A DNA stretch of 32,000 nt from Acaryochloris thomasi RCC1774 (GTDB lineage Bacteria > Cyanobacteriota > Cyanobacteriia > Thermosynechococcales > Thermosynechococcaceae), in NCBI RefSeq assembly GCF_003231495.1, contig NZ_PQWO01000002.1, positions 480,001 through 512,000 of the forward strand, given 5' to 3'. The notes under the pieces were generated by a model. That model did not search any database. It saw only the letters and a program-made list of their open reading frames with translations, and was not told where the DNA came from. A program made the position numbers and the translations under genes. This document shows positions 8,594 to 17,310 of this stretch, piece after piece (position 1 is the first letter of the stretch; each line of letters opens with the position of its first letter).

Positions 8594-9241
8594 TCAGCGA
8601 CAGCTTTCTTCGTAGACCCTCATGTAGTCGAGGATGATTTTTTGGGCAGCAGGTTTGAGATCTTGATCCAAGGTTGAGTTATTTACAACTTTCTCTGTGA
8701 CCCTCCATACCTGGCACCGGTCAGAGTCGAGTGCAGCTTGTGCCTGAGTTAGAGCATTAACCATGGCTACCGTGTAGCTCTTGGGTTTACGCTGCTGAGC
8801 GGCTTCTAAGTAAGGCTGAGCCTTTTCGGGCTTGAAGTAATCATCCATAACAGTCAGATAGCCCAGAGAGAATAGCTCATCGTCGCTGAGCTGATCTAGG
8901 CGCAACTCCTCCATTGGCTGGTTGTAGGTCAAGCCAAGGTATTGACGGTATTGCATCGCATTGCGCTTGCCTTCAATATTCCACGACAAAGCATTAATTA
9001 GGGCTGCTTTGATATCAATGGGCGTGGACGGCGATGAGAGATACTCGGCCATCTCGAGATCGAGCGTTCCTGTTTCCTTTGCTCTCTTAACGATGTCGTA
9101 GCTTTGGTAAGCCTCAGAAAAGTTAGTGGATGTAATTGGCGAATCGGCGCGGCTAGGTGTGGCTACATTCAATAGCAGCGCGGCGGCGGAAATGGACACC
9201 AAAATTTTCTTGAAATTGAACCCCATGATCTTGAACCCCAT
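8594..9241 (-). CDS. Secreted protein of unknown function
   Basis: The 215-aa ORF has a signal peptide (KKILVSISAAALLLNVATPSRA). I recognise no family motif. It has two Cys residues near the C-terminus. The start is ambiguous because of a 15-nt tandem duplication (MGFKI-MGFNF). Confidence 0.65.
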   Translation of the reverse strand: MGFKIMGFNFKKILVSISAAALLLNVATPSRADSPITSTNFSEAYQSYDIVKRAKETGTLDLEMAEYLSSPSTPIDIKAALINALSWNIEGKRNAMQYRQYLGLTYNQPMEELRLDQLSDDELFSLGYLTVMDDYFKPEKAQPYLEAAQQRKPKSYTVAMVNALTQAQAALDSDRCQVWRVTEKVVNNSTLDQDLKPAAQKIILDYMRVYEESCR

Positions 9242-9708
9242 AAATCTTGACTTGATAGCTAACGGTGCTGGTTCTCGTTGATGTACCCACTAACGACGTA
9301 CGATTTGCCTCTATAGTTCACCAGATAACCTCAGTTCTAACGTTGACAGGTGAAGTTCTGGTCTTAACCGCTGTTGGTGACGTAGGAAAACTAATCCTAT
9401 GTGATTGATAAAACTCCAAACCGCTGGATATAACGAAAATATGCAGCCTAAGTCTACGAAGATATCGGGTGACGATCGGTTCTGCTCTCTTTTCGCGCAA
9501 GCTTTTTTGACTGATCGGGTTAGGTTTCTATCGCGGAACATTGCTTTGACTAAGACTGAGTATTGAGAGTGTTAGTCTATCTGCATCTAGAGTGTTCAGG
9601 GCTTCTTACCTCATCTGAGGCTTGCATCTTAGCGAGTATTCTGCACACTAAGTATAGTTATGCCGCCATGCCAAACCCACGTCCGATAACTCGATCGTCA
9701 CCTGCCAT

Positions 9709-10170
9709 ATGCCTTCACTCCAGACTTGCGCGTTTATCCCATATCTCAGCATCACTGACGCAACGACGGCAGTCGCGTTCTACACCAACGTTTTTGGTGT
9801 TGCACCATACGTTCTGCTCAGTATGCCAGACGGGCGTGTGATGCACTGCGAATACCGTGTTGGCAACGCTCGATTCTTCCTGAGCGAAGAACTCCCGGAA
9901 CATGGAGGCACGCCAAGCCCAGCAAGTCTTGCCGCTACAAGTGTCGCGATTCATCTTTACGTCGATGACTGTGATGCGATGATCGAAACTATGAAAGATA
10001 ACGGTTCGACAGTTTTAATGGAACCCGCCGATATGTTTTGGGGTGAACGATTTGGGCGTGTCCGTGACCCATTCGGCCACGAATGGGGAATCGCAACTCA
10101 GCTCCGTGAAATGTCGCCTGACGAGATTCAAACAGCAGCCGGAAAGATGTTCGCCGACATGTCAGAGTAG
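9709..10170 (+). CDS. VOC (glyoxalase/bleomycin-resistance/PhnB-like) family protein
   Basis: Supporting sequence is IPYLSITDATTAVAFYTNVFGV...HCEYRVGNARFFLSEE...MFWGERFGRVRDPFGHEWGI, which is the typical PhnB-like VOC pattern. Confidence 0.85.
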   Translation: MPSLQTCAFIPYLSITDATTAVAFYTNVFGVAPYVLLSMPDGRVMHCEYRVGNARFFLSEELPEHGGTPSPASLAATSVAIHLYVDDCDAMIETMKDNGSTVLMEPADMFWGERFGRVRDPFGHEWGIATQLREMSPDEIQTAAGKMFADMSE

Positions 10171-10600
10171 TTGGCCAACCGTCGCGTCGCGCAAGACTGC
10201 GGCATAACAAAAAATGCACCGGAGTCGCGAAGCTAGGCGTTTTTAAACGAAAAATCACTTGTCGCGACCCGGTGATTTTGAACGTTACATTATCCTGTTC
10301 AGAAATATCTAAGCTTGAATCGCATAGGACAACGTGTTTACGGTGTAAAGGATTGCATAGACAGATTTCGCTCCTGCTCTTTATTTGGCTCTTCGCCTGA
10401 CAATTAGTCTCCTCTATGTTCCTGATCCTGTTTGGACCACTAAGCCCAGGCAAACCAAGATCCTGGCGCTTCCTATTTAATCTGCGTTGGCCTTGAAGCT
10501 TGAGTAACTTTACCAAAGGATAAAAACTTTTGTGCTCAGCGATAGTTTTCGATGGCTGGGCTGTTTTGGACATCTGCGCGATCAATAACGATGCTTTAAT

Positions 10601-11977
10601 GTGGGTGCGGCCATTCACGAGTCCCCCGTGACATTATCTGCTTCTGAAATGATCTCTATCCTTAGCTCTATCGTTGGAGCTGAGCATGTTGTGCCGCTCT
10701 CTAAACTCAATAGTGCCAAGCGCATCCAAATTCAAGATGCTCTGCAAGTTCCTGCAGCTGCGGCTTCAGAGCCAGTGGTTGTTTATCCTCGAAGTCAGAC
10801 AGAGCTGGCAGCAGTGGTCACTCGCGCACACCGAGAAAAGTGGCGTTTGCTGATCTGTGGGCATCGCACGAAGCTGAGCTGGGGGCAACTGGCTGCAGAT
10901 ATTGACATTGTGATTAGTACCCAGTGGCTGAACCGCATTATTGACCATGCTGCAGGGGATCTAACTGTGACGGTCGAAGCGGGTGTCCCGCTGGCAGCGC
11001 TGCAAAATATCTTGGCGGCTGAGAAGCAGTTTCTGGCTCTAGATCCAGCCTATGCAGACCACGCGACGATTGGCGGCATCATTGCCACTCAGGATTCTGG
11101 TGTCCTCCGTCATCGGTATGGCGGGGTGCGAGATATGGTGCTTGGGGTAACCTTTGTCCGGGCTGACGGTGAGCTTGCTAAAGCGGGAGGCCGCGTTGTC
11201 AAAAATGTAGCTGGATACGATTTGATGAAGCTGTTCACCGGTTCCTTTGGCACGTTGGGAATTATGACCCAGGTGACGCTCAGGCTCTACCCACTGCCGG
11301 AGACGAGTCAAACGGTAATTTTCTGCGGTGACGGGACTGATATTCGTCAACTGACTCAGGCTCTGATCGACAGCACGTTGACGCCGACGGCTGTTGAAGT
11401 GTTATCAGCCCAGTTTTTGGCCGCTTGCGATGACCGAAAGCCGCTCGTAGACCTTCGCAAGGCTGAACTAGCTTTGGCAGTGCGTTTTCAGGGAATTGCT
11501 GAAGGCGTCACGGCTCAATGTGAGCAGATATCTCAACATGCTTCGCTGACGCCACTGATGTTGGAGGCGGAACCGGAGGCTGATTTTTGGCAGCATCTGC
11601 AGGCGCAGCTTTGGTCTGACAACGCCGTTATTTGTAAGGTAGGCGTGTTGCCCTCTAACAGCGTTTCCGTTCTGCAGCAGATGGAGCGTCTGGCTCAAAA
11701 GCAGAATGTAGTGCTGCAGGGCCAGTTTCATGCCGGAAGCGGTTTGGGGATTATTCGCCTAGAGGGGGAGGTGTTGCCAGTGTTGGTGGAGGAGTTGCGA
11801 TCGCAATGTCAGCAGTCCCAAGGTTTCTTAACAGTCTTAGAAGCCCCCCGCCCACTGAAGGAGCAGATTGAGATGTGGGGTTACACCGGAAATGCCTTCG
11901 CATCTATGCGTAAAATTAAAGAACAGTTTGATCCACAGGCCCTTTTGAATCCGGGTCGTTTCGTTAAGGGACTCTAA
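10601..11977 (+). CDS. glcE: Glycolate oxidase/dehydrogenase FAD-binding subunit GlcE-like
   Basis: GGVRDMVLGVTFVRADGELAKAGGRVVKNVAGYDLMKLFTGSFGTLGIMTQVTLRLYPLPE and the C-terminal KEQFDPQALLNPGRF align with my memory of E. coli GlcE. The stop overlaps the glcF start (TAATG). The start is uncertain: GTG 10601 or ATG 10649. Confidence 0.8.
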   Translation: MGAAIHESPVTLSASEMISILSSIVGAEHVVPLSKLNSAKRIQIQDALQVPAAAASEPVVVYPRSQTELAAVVTRAHREKWRLLICGHRTKLSWGQLAADIDIVISTQWLNRIIDHAAGDLTVTVEAGVPLAALQNILAAEKQFLALDPAYADHATIGGIIATQDSGVLRHRYGGVRDMVLGVTFVRADGELAKAGGRVVKNVAGYDLMKLFTGSFGTLGIMTQVTLRLYPLPETSQTVIFCGDGTDIRQLTQALIDSTLTPTAVEVLSAQFLAACDDRKPLVDLRKAELALAVRFQGIAEGVTAQCEQISQHASLTPLMLEAEPEADFWQHLQAQLWSDNAVICKVGVLPSNSVSVLQQMERLAQKQNVVLQGQFHAGSGLGIIRLEGEVLPVLVEELRSQCQQSQGFLTVLEAPRPLKEQIEMWGYTGNAFASMRKIKEQFDPQALLNPGRFVKGL

Positions 11978-13347
11978 TGCCAGCCGCTGAGAAAACAACG
12001 CCTAACGCTTCACCGGCTCTAGACTTCAAAAATCCGCCCGACCAGAAAGTAATTGATGCCTGTGTCCATTGTGGTTTTTGCCTAGCAACCTGCCCCAGCT
12101 ACCGCGTTTTGGGGAAAGAGACAGATTCGCCGCGCGGGCGGATCTATTTGATGAATGAACTCAATCAAGGCGAGATTCCCCTATCGCCCTCTACCGTGGA
12201 GCATTTTGACTCCTGCCTCGGTTGTTTGGCCTGCGCGACGGCTTGCCCTGCCGGAGTGGATTACGGCGAATTGATTGCTGCGACTCGCTCTCAAATTGAA
12301 CGCAATCATCCTCGACCCTGGGTGGAAAAGCTTTTCCGACAGTTATTGTTCTCGACCTTTCCCTACCCACGTCGACTGCGTTGGCTGCTCGGGCCACTGG
12401 CGCTCTACCAGCGCACAGGTCTGCAGTCTTTGCTTCGGCGATCTGATCTGCTTGAAAAACTGCTGCCTCAGCCTTTGGTGGCAATGGAGTCTCTGGCCCC
12501 TGAGGTAACGGCGGACGCCTTCACTGATCCTTGGCCTGAGGTGATTCCGGCTCAGGGAGAGACGCGGTATCGTGTGGGCATGATTTTGGGCTGTGTGCAG
12601 CGGGTGTTCTTGCCGGAGGTGAATGCGGCGACGATTCGGGTGCTGACGGCCAACGGCTGTGAAGTGATTATTCCTAAGAGCCAGGGCTGCTGTGGGGCGC
12701 TGTCTCAGCATCAAGGCCAAGAAGAACAGGCGCAGGATCTGGCTCGCCAAATGATGGATGCCTTTGCCAACGAGAAGCTTGATGCCGTCTTGATTAACGC
12801 CTCTGGCTGTGGCCATACCCTGAAGGAGTATGGTCAGATTCTGGCAGAGGATGCAGACTATTGTGAGCGCGCCCAAGCTTTCGCAAACCAAGTACAGGAC
12901 GTTCAAGAATTCCTCGATTCAGTGGGGTTGACCACGCCGCTGTCGCCGCTGCAGGCAGAGCCGCTGTCGGTGGTTTACCAAGATGCCTGCCATATGCTCC
13001 ACGGCCAAAAAATCCAGGAGCAGCCCCGCCGGTTATTGAAGCAAATTCCTGGATTAGAGCTGCGGGAGCCTGCCGATGCGGCGCTGTGCTGCGGTAGCGC
13101 GGGTATCTACAACATCCTGCAGCCGGAGGTTGGGGATGAATTGGGGCGACAAAAGGTTCGTAATCTCTGCAACACAAAGGCGACGGTGATTGCGTCGGCC
13201 AATGTGGGCTGTAATATGCAGCTCCGCAAGCATCTCGCGCTGCAGCAACAAGAGGTTCCCATTTTGCATCCAATGCAGTTGCTGGACTTTTCGATTCGCT
13301 CTGTTGCGCTATCGGATGGAGTATCTGGGCATGATCTAGAGCAGTAG
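11977..13347 (+). CDS. glcF: Glycolate oxidase/dehydrogenase iron-sulfur subunit GlcF
   Basis: Two ferredoxin-type Cys clusters are present (CVHCGFCLATCPSY and CLGCLACATACPAGV), as are PRGRIYL and two CCG-type Cys-rich repeats (GCCGA..., LCCGSAG...). Confidence 0.88.
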   Translation: MPAAEKTTPNASPALDFKNPPDQKVIDACVHCGFCLATCPSYRVLGKETDSPRGRIYLMNELNQGEIPLSPSTVEHFDSCLGCLACATACPAGVDYGELIAATRSQIERNHPRPWVEKLFRQLLFSTFPYPRRLRWLLGPLALYQRTGLQSLLRRSDLLEKLLPQPLVAMESLAPEVTADAFTDPWPEVIPAQGETRYRVGMILGCVQRVFLPEVNAATIRVLTANGCEVIIPKSQGCCGALSQHQGQEEQAQDLARQMMDAFANEKLDAVLINASGCGHTLKEYGQILAEDADYCERAQAFANQVQDVQEFLDSVGLTTPLSPLQAEPLSVVYQDACHMLHGQKIQEQPRRLLKQIPGLELREPADAALCCGSAGIYNILQPEVGDELGRQKVRNLCNTKATVIASANVGCNMQLRKHLALQQQEVPILHPMQLLDFSIRSVALSDGVSGHDLEQ

Positions 13348-13351
13348 CTCT

Positions 13352-14533
13352 GTGGATTCCATGCGCTTGACTCGGCGAATTAATGACTGGCTAGAAACGC
13401 ACTGGGTTACACCCGCCTATGCCGGATGGGTGTTGCTGGGGCTGACGCTCTTTTTTCTGCTGGCGGCTTCTAATACTCTGGCGGGTTGGCTATATGTTTT
13501 GAGTGGGCTGGGGCTGGCTTTACTCGCGATCGCAACGCTCCTCCCGCCTCGAACACTTCAGGGCATCACAATCGAACGACAGACCCTCTACCCTGTCAAT
13601 GCTGGGAATACGCTGCGCCTGGGGTTAACCTTCCATAACACCACCACCAGCGAAAAATCTTTACTGCAGGTTCAAGACCAAATTCCATCAGAATTAGGAA
13701 CCTTCCTCGATACAGCAGACTCCAAAGAGCGTTTAGGTCTTGAGCGAGCCGCAACGATTGCTACGATTCCGGCATTAGGAACCCAGACCTGGAGCTACGG
13801 CGTTGAAACCCGGCATCGCGGCATTTACCACTGGCAGTCTATCCACTTGCGGACTGCAGCACCCCTTGGCTTGTTTTGGTGCCGACGGCAGCGTCTCGTC
13901 AAAGCCAAAGCCATCGTTTATCCCATTGTGCTAAACCTGACCCAGTGTCCCTTAATCGATCAAGTTGGGCAGGAGCAGAGCCAGCAAACGCACCATCTAC
14001 AGATGAGTCATGAAGGCGTTACGCGTTCTCTCCGGCCCTACCGTTGGGGAGACCCGATGCGACTGGTTCACTGGCGTAGCAGTGCCCGCCACAATGAATT
14101 GAGAATCCGAGAGCTTGAAGTCTCGACGGGAGGGCAAGGTCTCATTATTGGCCTCGACAGTGCCGCCGACTGGCATCCAGATGATTTTGAACAAGCTGTC
14201 ATTGCTGCAGCCTCGCTCTATACCTACGCTGAACGGCAAATGCCCATCCAACTCTGGACGGCAGGCACCGGCCTCTGCCAAGGAACCCAGCGTGTGCTGG
14301 AAATCCTTGCTCAGGTTCAACCGCAAGAAGAGCATCAGCATCCCCTACCCAACGTGCCGATCATTTGGCTCTCGCAACACGCTGATCGCCTATCCCAGCT
14401 TCCCCTTCGGAGTCGTGTTATTTCGTGGTCTCGCTCTGAGACGACAGCCCTTCAGCGGCCGCTATCAGATTGCGTGATTCAAGCGAACCAGCCGCTGCAG
14501 CCTCAGCTTGAAAGCCCTTTATCCCAGAAATAG
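13352..14533 (+). CDS. DUF58 domain-containing membrane protein
   Basis: The N-terminus has two TM helices. The motif LRPYRWGDPMRLVHWRSSARHNELRIRELE matches the DUF58 signature (R-x-Y-x-x-GD...W..SAR). The start is GTG 13352 or ATG 13361. Confidence 0.8.
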   Translation: MDSMRLTRRINDWLETHWVTPAYAGWVLLGLTLFFLLAASNTLAGWLYVLSGLGLALLAIATLLPPRTLQGITIERQTLYPVNAGNTLRLGLTFHNTTTSEKSLLQVQDQIPSELGTFLDTADSKERLGLERAATIATIPALGTQTWSYGVETRHRGIYHWQSIHLRTAAPLGLFWCRRQRLVKAKAIVYPIVLNLTQCPLIDQVGQEQSQQTHHLQMSHEGVTRSLRPYRWGDPMRLVHWRSSARHNELRIRELEVSTGGQGLIIGLDSAADWHPDDFEQAVIAAASLYTYAERQMPIQLWTAGTGLCQGTQRVLEILAQVQPQEEHQHPLPNVPIIWLSQHADRLSQLPLRSRVISWSRSETTALQRPLSDCVIQANQPLQPQLESPLSQK

Positions 14534-14701
14534 CGATTCCAAGGGTTGTGCTATCGCCACGCTTCTATCTGCGCATCAACGCCCAGCGATTAAATCTACC
14601 GTTACAGAAAAACAATGCTTTGTATTATTTAATACTATTCTAAGGTCCGTCACAGGAAACTTCTCTATAGTTAGAAGGCTAATTTTAATCAAACAGGGTA
14701 G

Positions 14702-15034
14702 ATGACCATGAACGTTACAAAAACATTAGTGAGTGGATGCATTTTGGGTAGCACGGTGATCGGTGCTGCCGTTTTGGGACTCTCTAGCAGCGCTCAGGCT
14801 GGAACACTTGTAACCTGTGGCCCTGGTGGTGCTGCCTATATCGTTGAGACTGTACCTGCTGGCTGTCGCCATCTATCTGCTACCTCTGCACCTAAGCATG
14901 CACCCGATAATGCTGTAAAAGCTTCTAAGTTGGGCTTCACCTTCACCGCTTCTTCCCCTAAAGAGGAGTCTGCCCAGCCTGTTGCTGCAGAGACTGAGGG
15001 CAAGAGCAAGACCCAGCCTCTCGCGCTTCGCTAA
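14702..15034 (+). CDS. Small secreted protein of unknown function
   Basis: The 110-aa ORF has a signal peptide (LGSTVIGAAVLGLSSSAQA). The mature part has a Cys pair, and the C-terminus is low-complexity. A strong hairpin follows the gene. Confidence 0.55.
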   Translation: MTMNVTKTLVSGCILGSTVIGAAVLGLSSSAQAGTLVTCGPGGAAYIVETVPAGCRHLSATSAPKHAPDNAVKASKLGFTFTASSPKEESAQPVAAETEGKSKTQPLALR

Positions 15035-15045
15035 TTAATTAATTT

Positions 15046-15076
15046 TAGGTACTGAAGATTTATCCTTCAGTACCTA
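15046..15076 (+). terminator. Putative intrinsic terminator hairpin after 14702..15034
   Basis: A perfect 12-bp inverted repeat, TAGGTACTGAAG (15046-15057) and CTTCAGTACCTA (15065-15076), has a 7-nt loop. It lies 12 nt after the stop codon. There is no clear T-run. Confidence 0.5.
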
Positions 15077-15138
15077 ACGTTATGGCTACCGGACAGGGAA
15101 CTTTAGAGAGATAGACCTCTTTATCTCGACTCGTTTCT

Positions 15139-15684
15139 ATGGTTCTCACGATTCGTCTGGCGGGCCCCCAAGATCTAGAACCGATTCTTGAGCTGCAGCG
15201 GCAGGCGATTCAGGTGCTCTGTCGCCAAGACTATTGCCCCCGTCAGTTGGATGCCATTGTTCTCTCCCAACAGCGGGCTAGAGGGCTTTCTGAGCTAATT
15301 CTTTTGGCAGAAAATGAGCAGAATCTCGTCGGTTTCAGTACTGCACTTCTGCCAACTTGGGAAATTGGCGGAGTCTATGTTCACCCTGATTACACGCGCC
15401 GAGGTATTGCTACACAGTTGCTGACTTACCTTGAGCGGCAAGCTATCGAGCGACGCAGGCGTAAGCTCTCGGTGACCTCCTCTATCACGGCTGTAGCCTT
15501 CTACCAGAGTCTGGGATTTCAAGTCATTCGCAAAACAAAATTTCTCATGTACGGAGCTTGGATTCCCTGTATTGAGATGGAAAAGCCCCTCACGTTATCG
15601 CCAACGCAGCCCCAAGATATTTCGCCTTTGTTGCTGTGGTGCTGCGCTTTTGTTCTTGTTGCCCTGTTGTTGATGCTTCTGTAG
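15139..15684 (+). CDS. GNAT family N-acetyltransferase with a hydrophobic C-terminal tail
   Basis: The acetyl-CoA-binding region is GGVYVHPDYTRRGIATQLLTYLERQA, followed by AVAFYQSLGFQ. The last ~22 aa (ISPLLLWCCAFVLVALLLMLL) are strongly hydrophobic. Confidence 0.8.
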   Translation: MVLTIRLAGPQDLEPILELQRQAIQVLCRQDYCPRQLDAIVLSQQRARGLSELILLAENEQNLVGFSTALLPTWEIGGVYVHPDYTRRGIATQLLTYLERQAIERRRRKLSVTSSITAVAFYQSLGFQVIRKTKFLMYGAWIPCIEMEKPLTLSPTQPQDISPLLLWCCAFVLVALLLMLL

Positions 15685-15712
15685 CGGTGAAGGGTAAGCA
15701 CTGGCCGAGTCA

Positions 15713-16459
15713 TCAGTCAGCTGCTAGGAATTTTTGGTAGTCAGTTGCGATCGCATCCACTGCTTTCTCATACAATTGCTGCCCATGCTCCGGCGTCGCC
15801 AGTGAAGGGTCAGACCCCATTCGCCCATCTGGATAGTGACGCCGAAAATCTGCTGCCCCGTAAATCGGGAAACCTGACGCCACCTCCGCACTCAACGGCG
15901 CATCCTTAATGGCCTCAGGATAAACAAACTGAGTCACCGCCACCTCGCTGGGCGTTGCGTGGGAACCTTCGCGATCGCCATAGAGTTCTTTGGCAAGCTG
16001 GTACACATCACGATTCATATACCAGTTATTCACCTTGCAGTGCACCTGATCGGCTCCAGGAATTTGCAGATCTGCCAGCCTTGCATAGGTCTCAGAAAAT
16101 GCAGCCTTCAGCGTTGCAACATTGCCCCCATGCCCATTAATGAAGAAAAATCGCCGAAATCCTGAGCGCGATAGACCGACCAAATAGTCTTGAATGACTT
16201 GAATCAATGTAGAAGGCCGCAGGCTCATACTGCCAGGGAAAGCCGCATGATGCAGCGCCATCCCTACATTAATCGTCGGTCCTACAATGGCCCCTGTAGA
16301 TTCGCCAACCCCTTTTGCAACCACCTCCGCGCAAATAGCATCCGTGCCGATTAGTCCCGTAGGGCCGTGCTGTTCAGTAGAGCCAATGGGAAAAATAATG
16401 CCTGAGGATGTTTCTAAATAACGCTCAACTTCTTGCCAGGTGCAGAGATGCAGTTGCAT
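15713..16459 (-). CDS. Creatininase (creatinine amidohydrolase) family protein
   Basis: Supporting sequence is FPIGSTEQHGP...FFFINGHGGN...EGSHATPSE. I trimmed the start to ATG 16459, which is preceded by AGGAGAAACC. The track start at 16492 adds 11 codons with no ribosome-binding site. Confidence 0.85.
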   Translation of the reverse strand: MQLHLCTWQEVERYLETSSGIIFPIGSTEQHGPTGLIGTDAICAEVVAKGVGESTGAIVGPTINVGMALHHAAFPGSMSLRPSTLIQVIQDYLVGLSRSGFRRFFFINGHGGNVATLKAAFSETYARLADLQIPGADQVHCKVNNWYMNRDVYQLAKELYGDREGSHATPSEVAVTQFVYPEAIKDAPLSAEVASGFPIYGAADFRRHYPDGRMGSDPSLATPEHGQQLYEKAVDAIATDYQKFLAAD

Positions 16460-16549
16460 ATGGTTTCTCCTAAATCGTGCTGTTGAGATCAATCATGGAA
16501 GGCTATGGTAACTTTACGAACAAGCTAGTTCTATCACTAAGAGAACCGC

Positions 16550-16885
16550 TCACGACAGGAGTTGCTGCAATGGTTTGACTAAGCCAGGAAGATTACTATG
16601 AATCGTGTCCCAGACGATCTCTGGCTCCACACGGAAATACTCATGAGCCATGACATTTCTCATATCACTCATGATCCGCCAGGGGATTGCAGGATTCTGC
16701 GCTTTCACCTCTCCTGGAATATTTAGGGCGGCTTCACCAATCACAATAAAGTCGTAGAGGACTGCCTTCATAAGAGTTTTGTTATCTGAAAATTCTGAAA
16801 ACGTCATGCTAGAGGTTGATTTCTGGATTCTATCTATCGCGTTCAGAATATCTTGTACTCGTAACGACCAACTTCTAGAAGACAC
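16550..16885 (-). CDS. hepT: HepT (DUF86) family RNase toxin of a type VII TA system
   Basis: Supporting sequence is VQDILNAIDRIQKST...FIVIGEAALNIP...IPWRIMSDMRNVMAHEYF, with the R-x4-H-x-Y motif (RNVMAHEY). The GTG start overlaps the MNT gene by 11 nt. Confidence 0.88.
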   Translation of the reverse strand: MSSRSWSLRVQDILNAIDRIQKSTSSMTFSEFSDNKTLMKAVLYDFIVIGEAALNIPGEVKAQNPAIPWRIMSDMRNVMAHEYFRVEPEIVWDTIHSNLPGLVKPLQQLLS

Positions 16886-17165
16886 GCACGATATCCTTCA
16901 AGACAGGCTCTCGCAAATTCTTGCGTAGTGATTTGACAGTCCCAATATCAACCGAGCAACCAAGCAGTGATTCCAAGTAGTGCTGAACTTCAAAAAGACC
17001 AAACAGCCCTACAGGTTGAGAGAATTCCACTAGAAAGTCAGCATCACTATCTGGTCCGGCCTGATTACGAGCAACAGACCCAAACAGATCCAATGACCTG
17101 ACACCCAGTTCTTGAAGCTGTTGCTGATGGGCTTTGACAATTGATAAAAGTTTTTGCCGTTGCAT
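16875..17165 (-). CDS. mntA: MNT-type nucleotidyltransferase antitoxin
   Basis: LDLFGSVARNQAGPDSDADFLVEF carries the G-S...D-x-D minimal nucleotidyltransferase motif. LLGCSVDIGT is also present. The gene lies upstream of and overlapping hepT. Confidence 0.88.
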   Translation of the reverse strand: MQRQKLLSIVKAHQQQLQELGVRSLDLFGSVARNQAGPDSDADFLVEFSQPVGLFGLFEVQHYLESLLGCSVDIGTVKSLRKNLREPVLKDIVRVF

Positions 17166-17310
17166 TAGAATCTAAGGGCTGTCAACAGATAGAAGAAGCC
17201 AACACAGCAGACCGGAGCTGCTTACACCAATGATAAGCGATCACCCAAAGTCGCGCTCCCCAGAGATGCAGGCCTCGTGATGGACTCACTGACGCTCTTC
17301 GACGAAAGAA

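Noticed and set aside
9989-10618. 209-aa ORF on the minus strand spanning the VOC gene's 3' end and the 430-nt spacer
   Set aside because: It has no recognisable motif and a low-complexity Arg/Ser/Leu-rich composition. It overlaps the well-supported VOC gene and the glcE start, so it is likely a chance ORF in AT-rich DNA.
12191-13273. Minus-strand ORFs 12343..12906 (187 aa), 12794..13273 (159 aa) and others inside glcF
   Set aside because: They are antisense shadow ORFs of a strongly supported glcF. Their Arg/Pro/Ala-rich composition is typical of GC-rich antisense frames.
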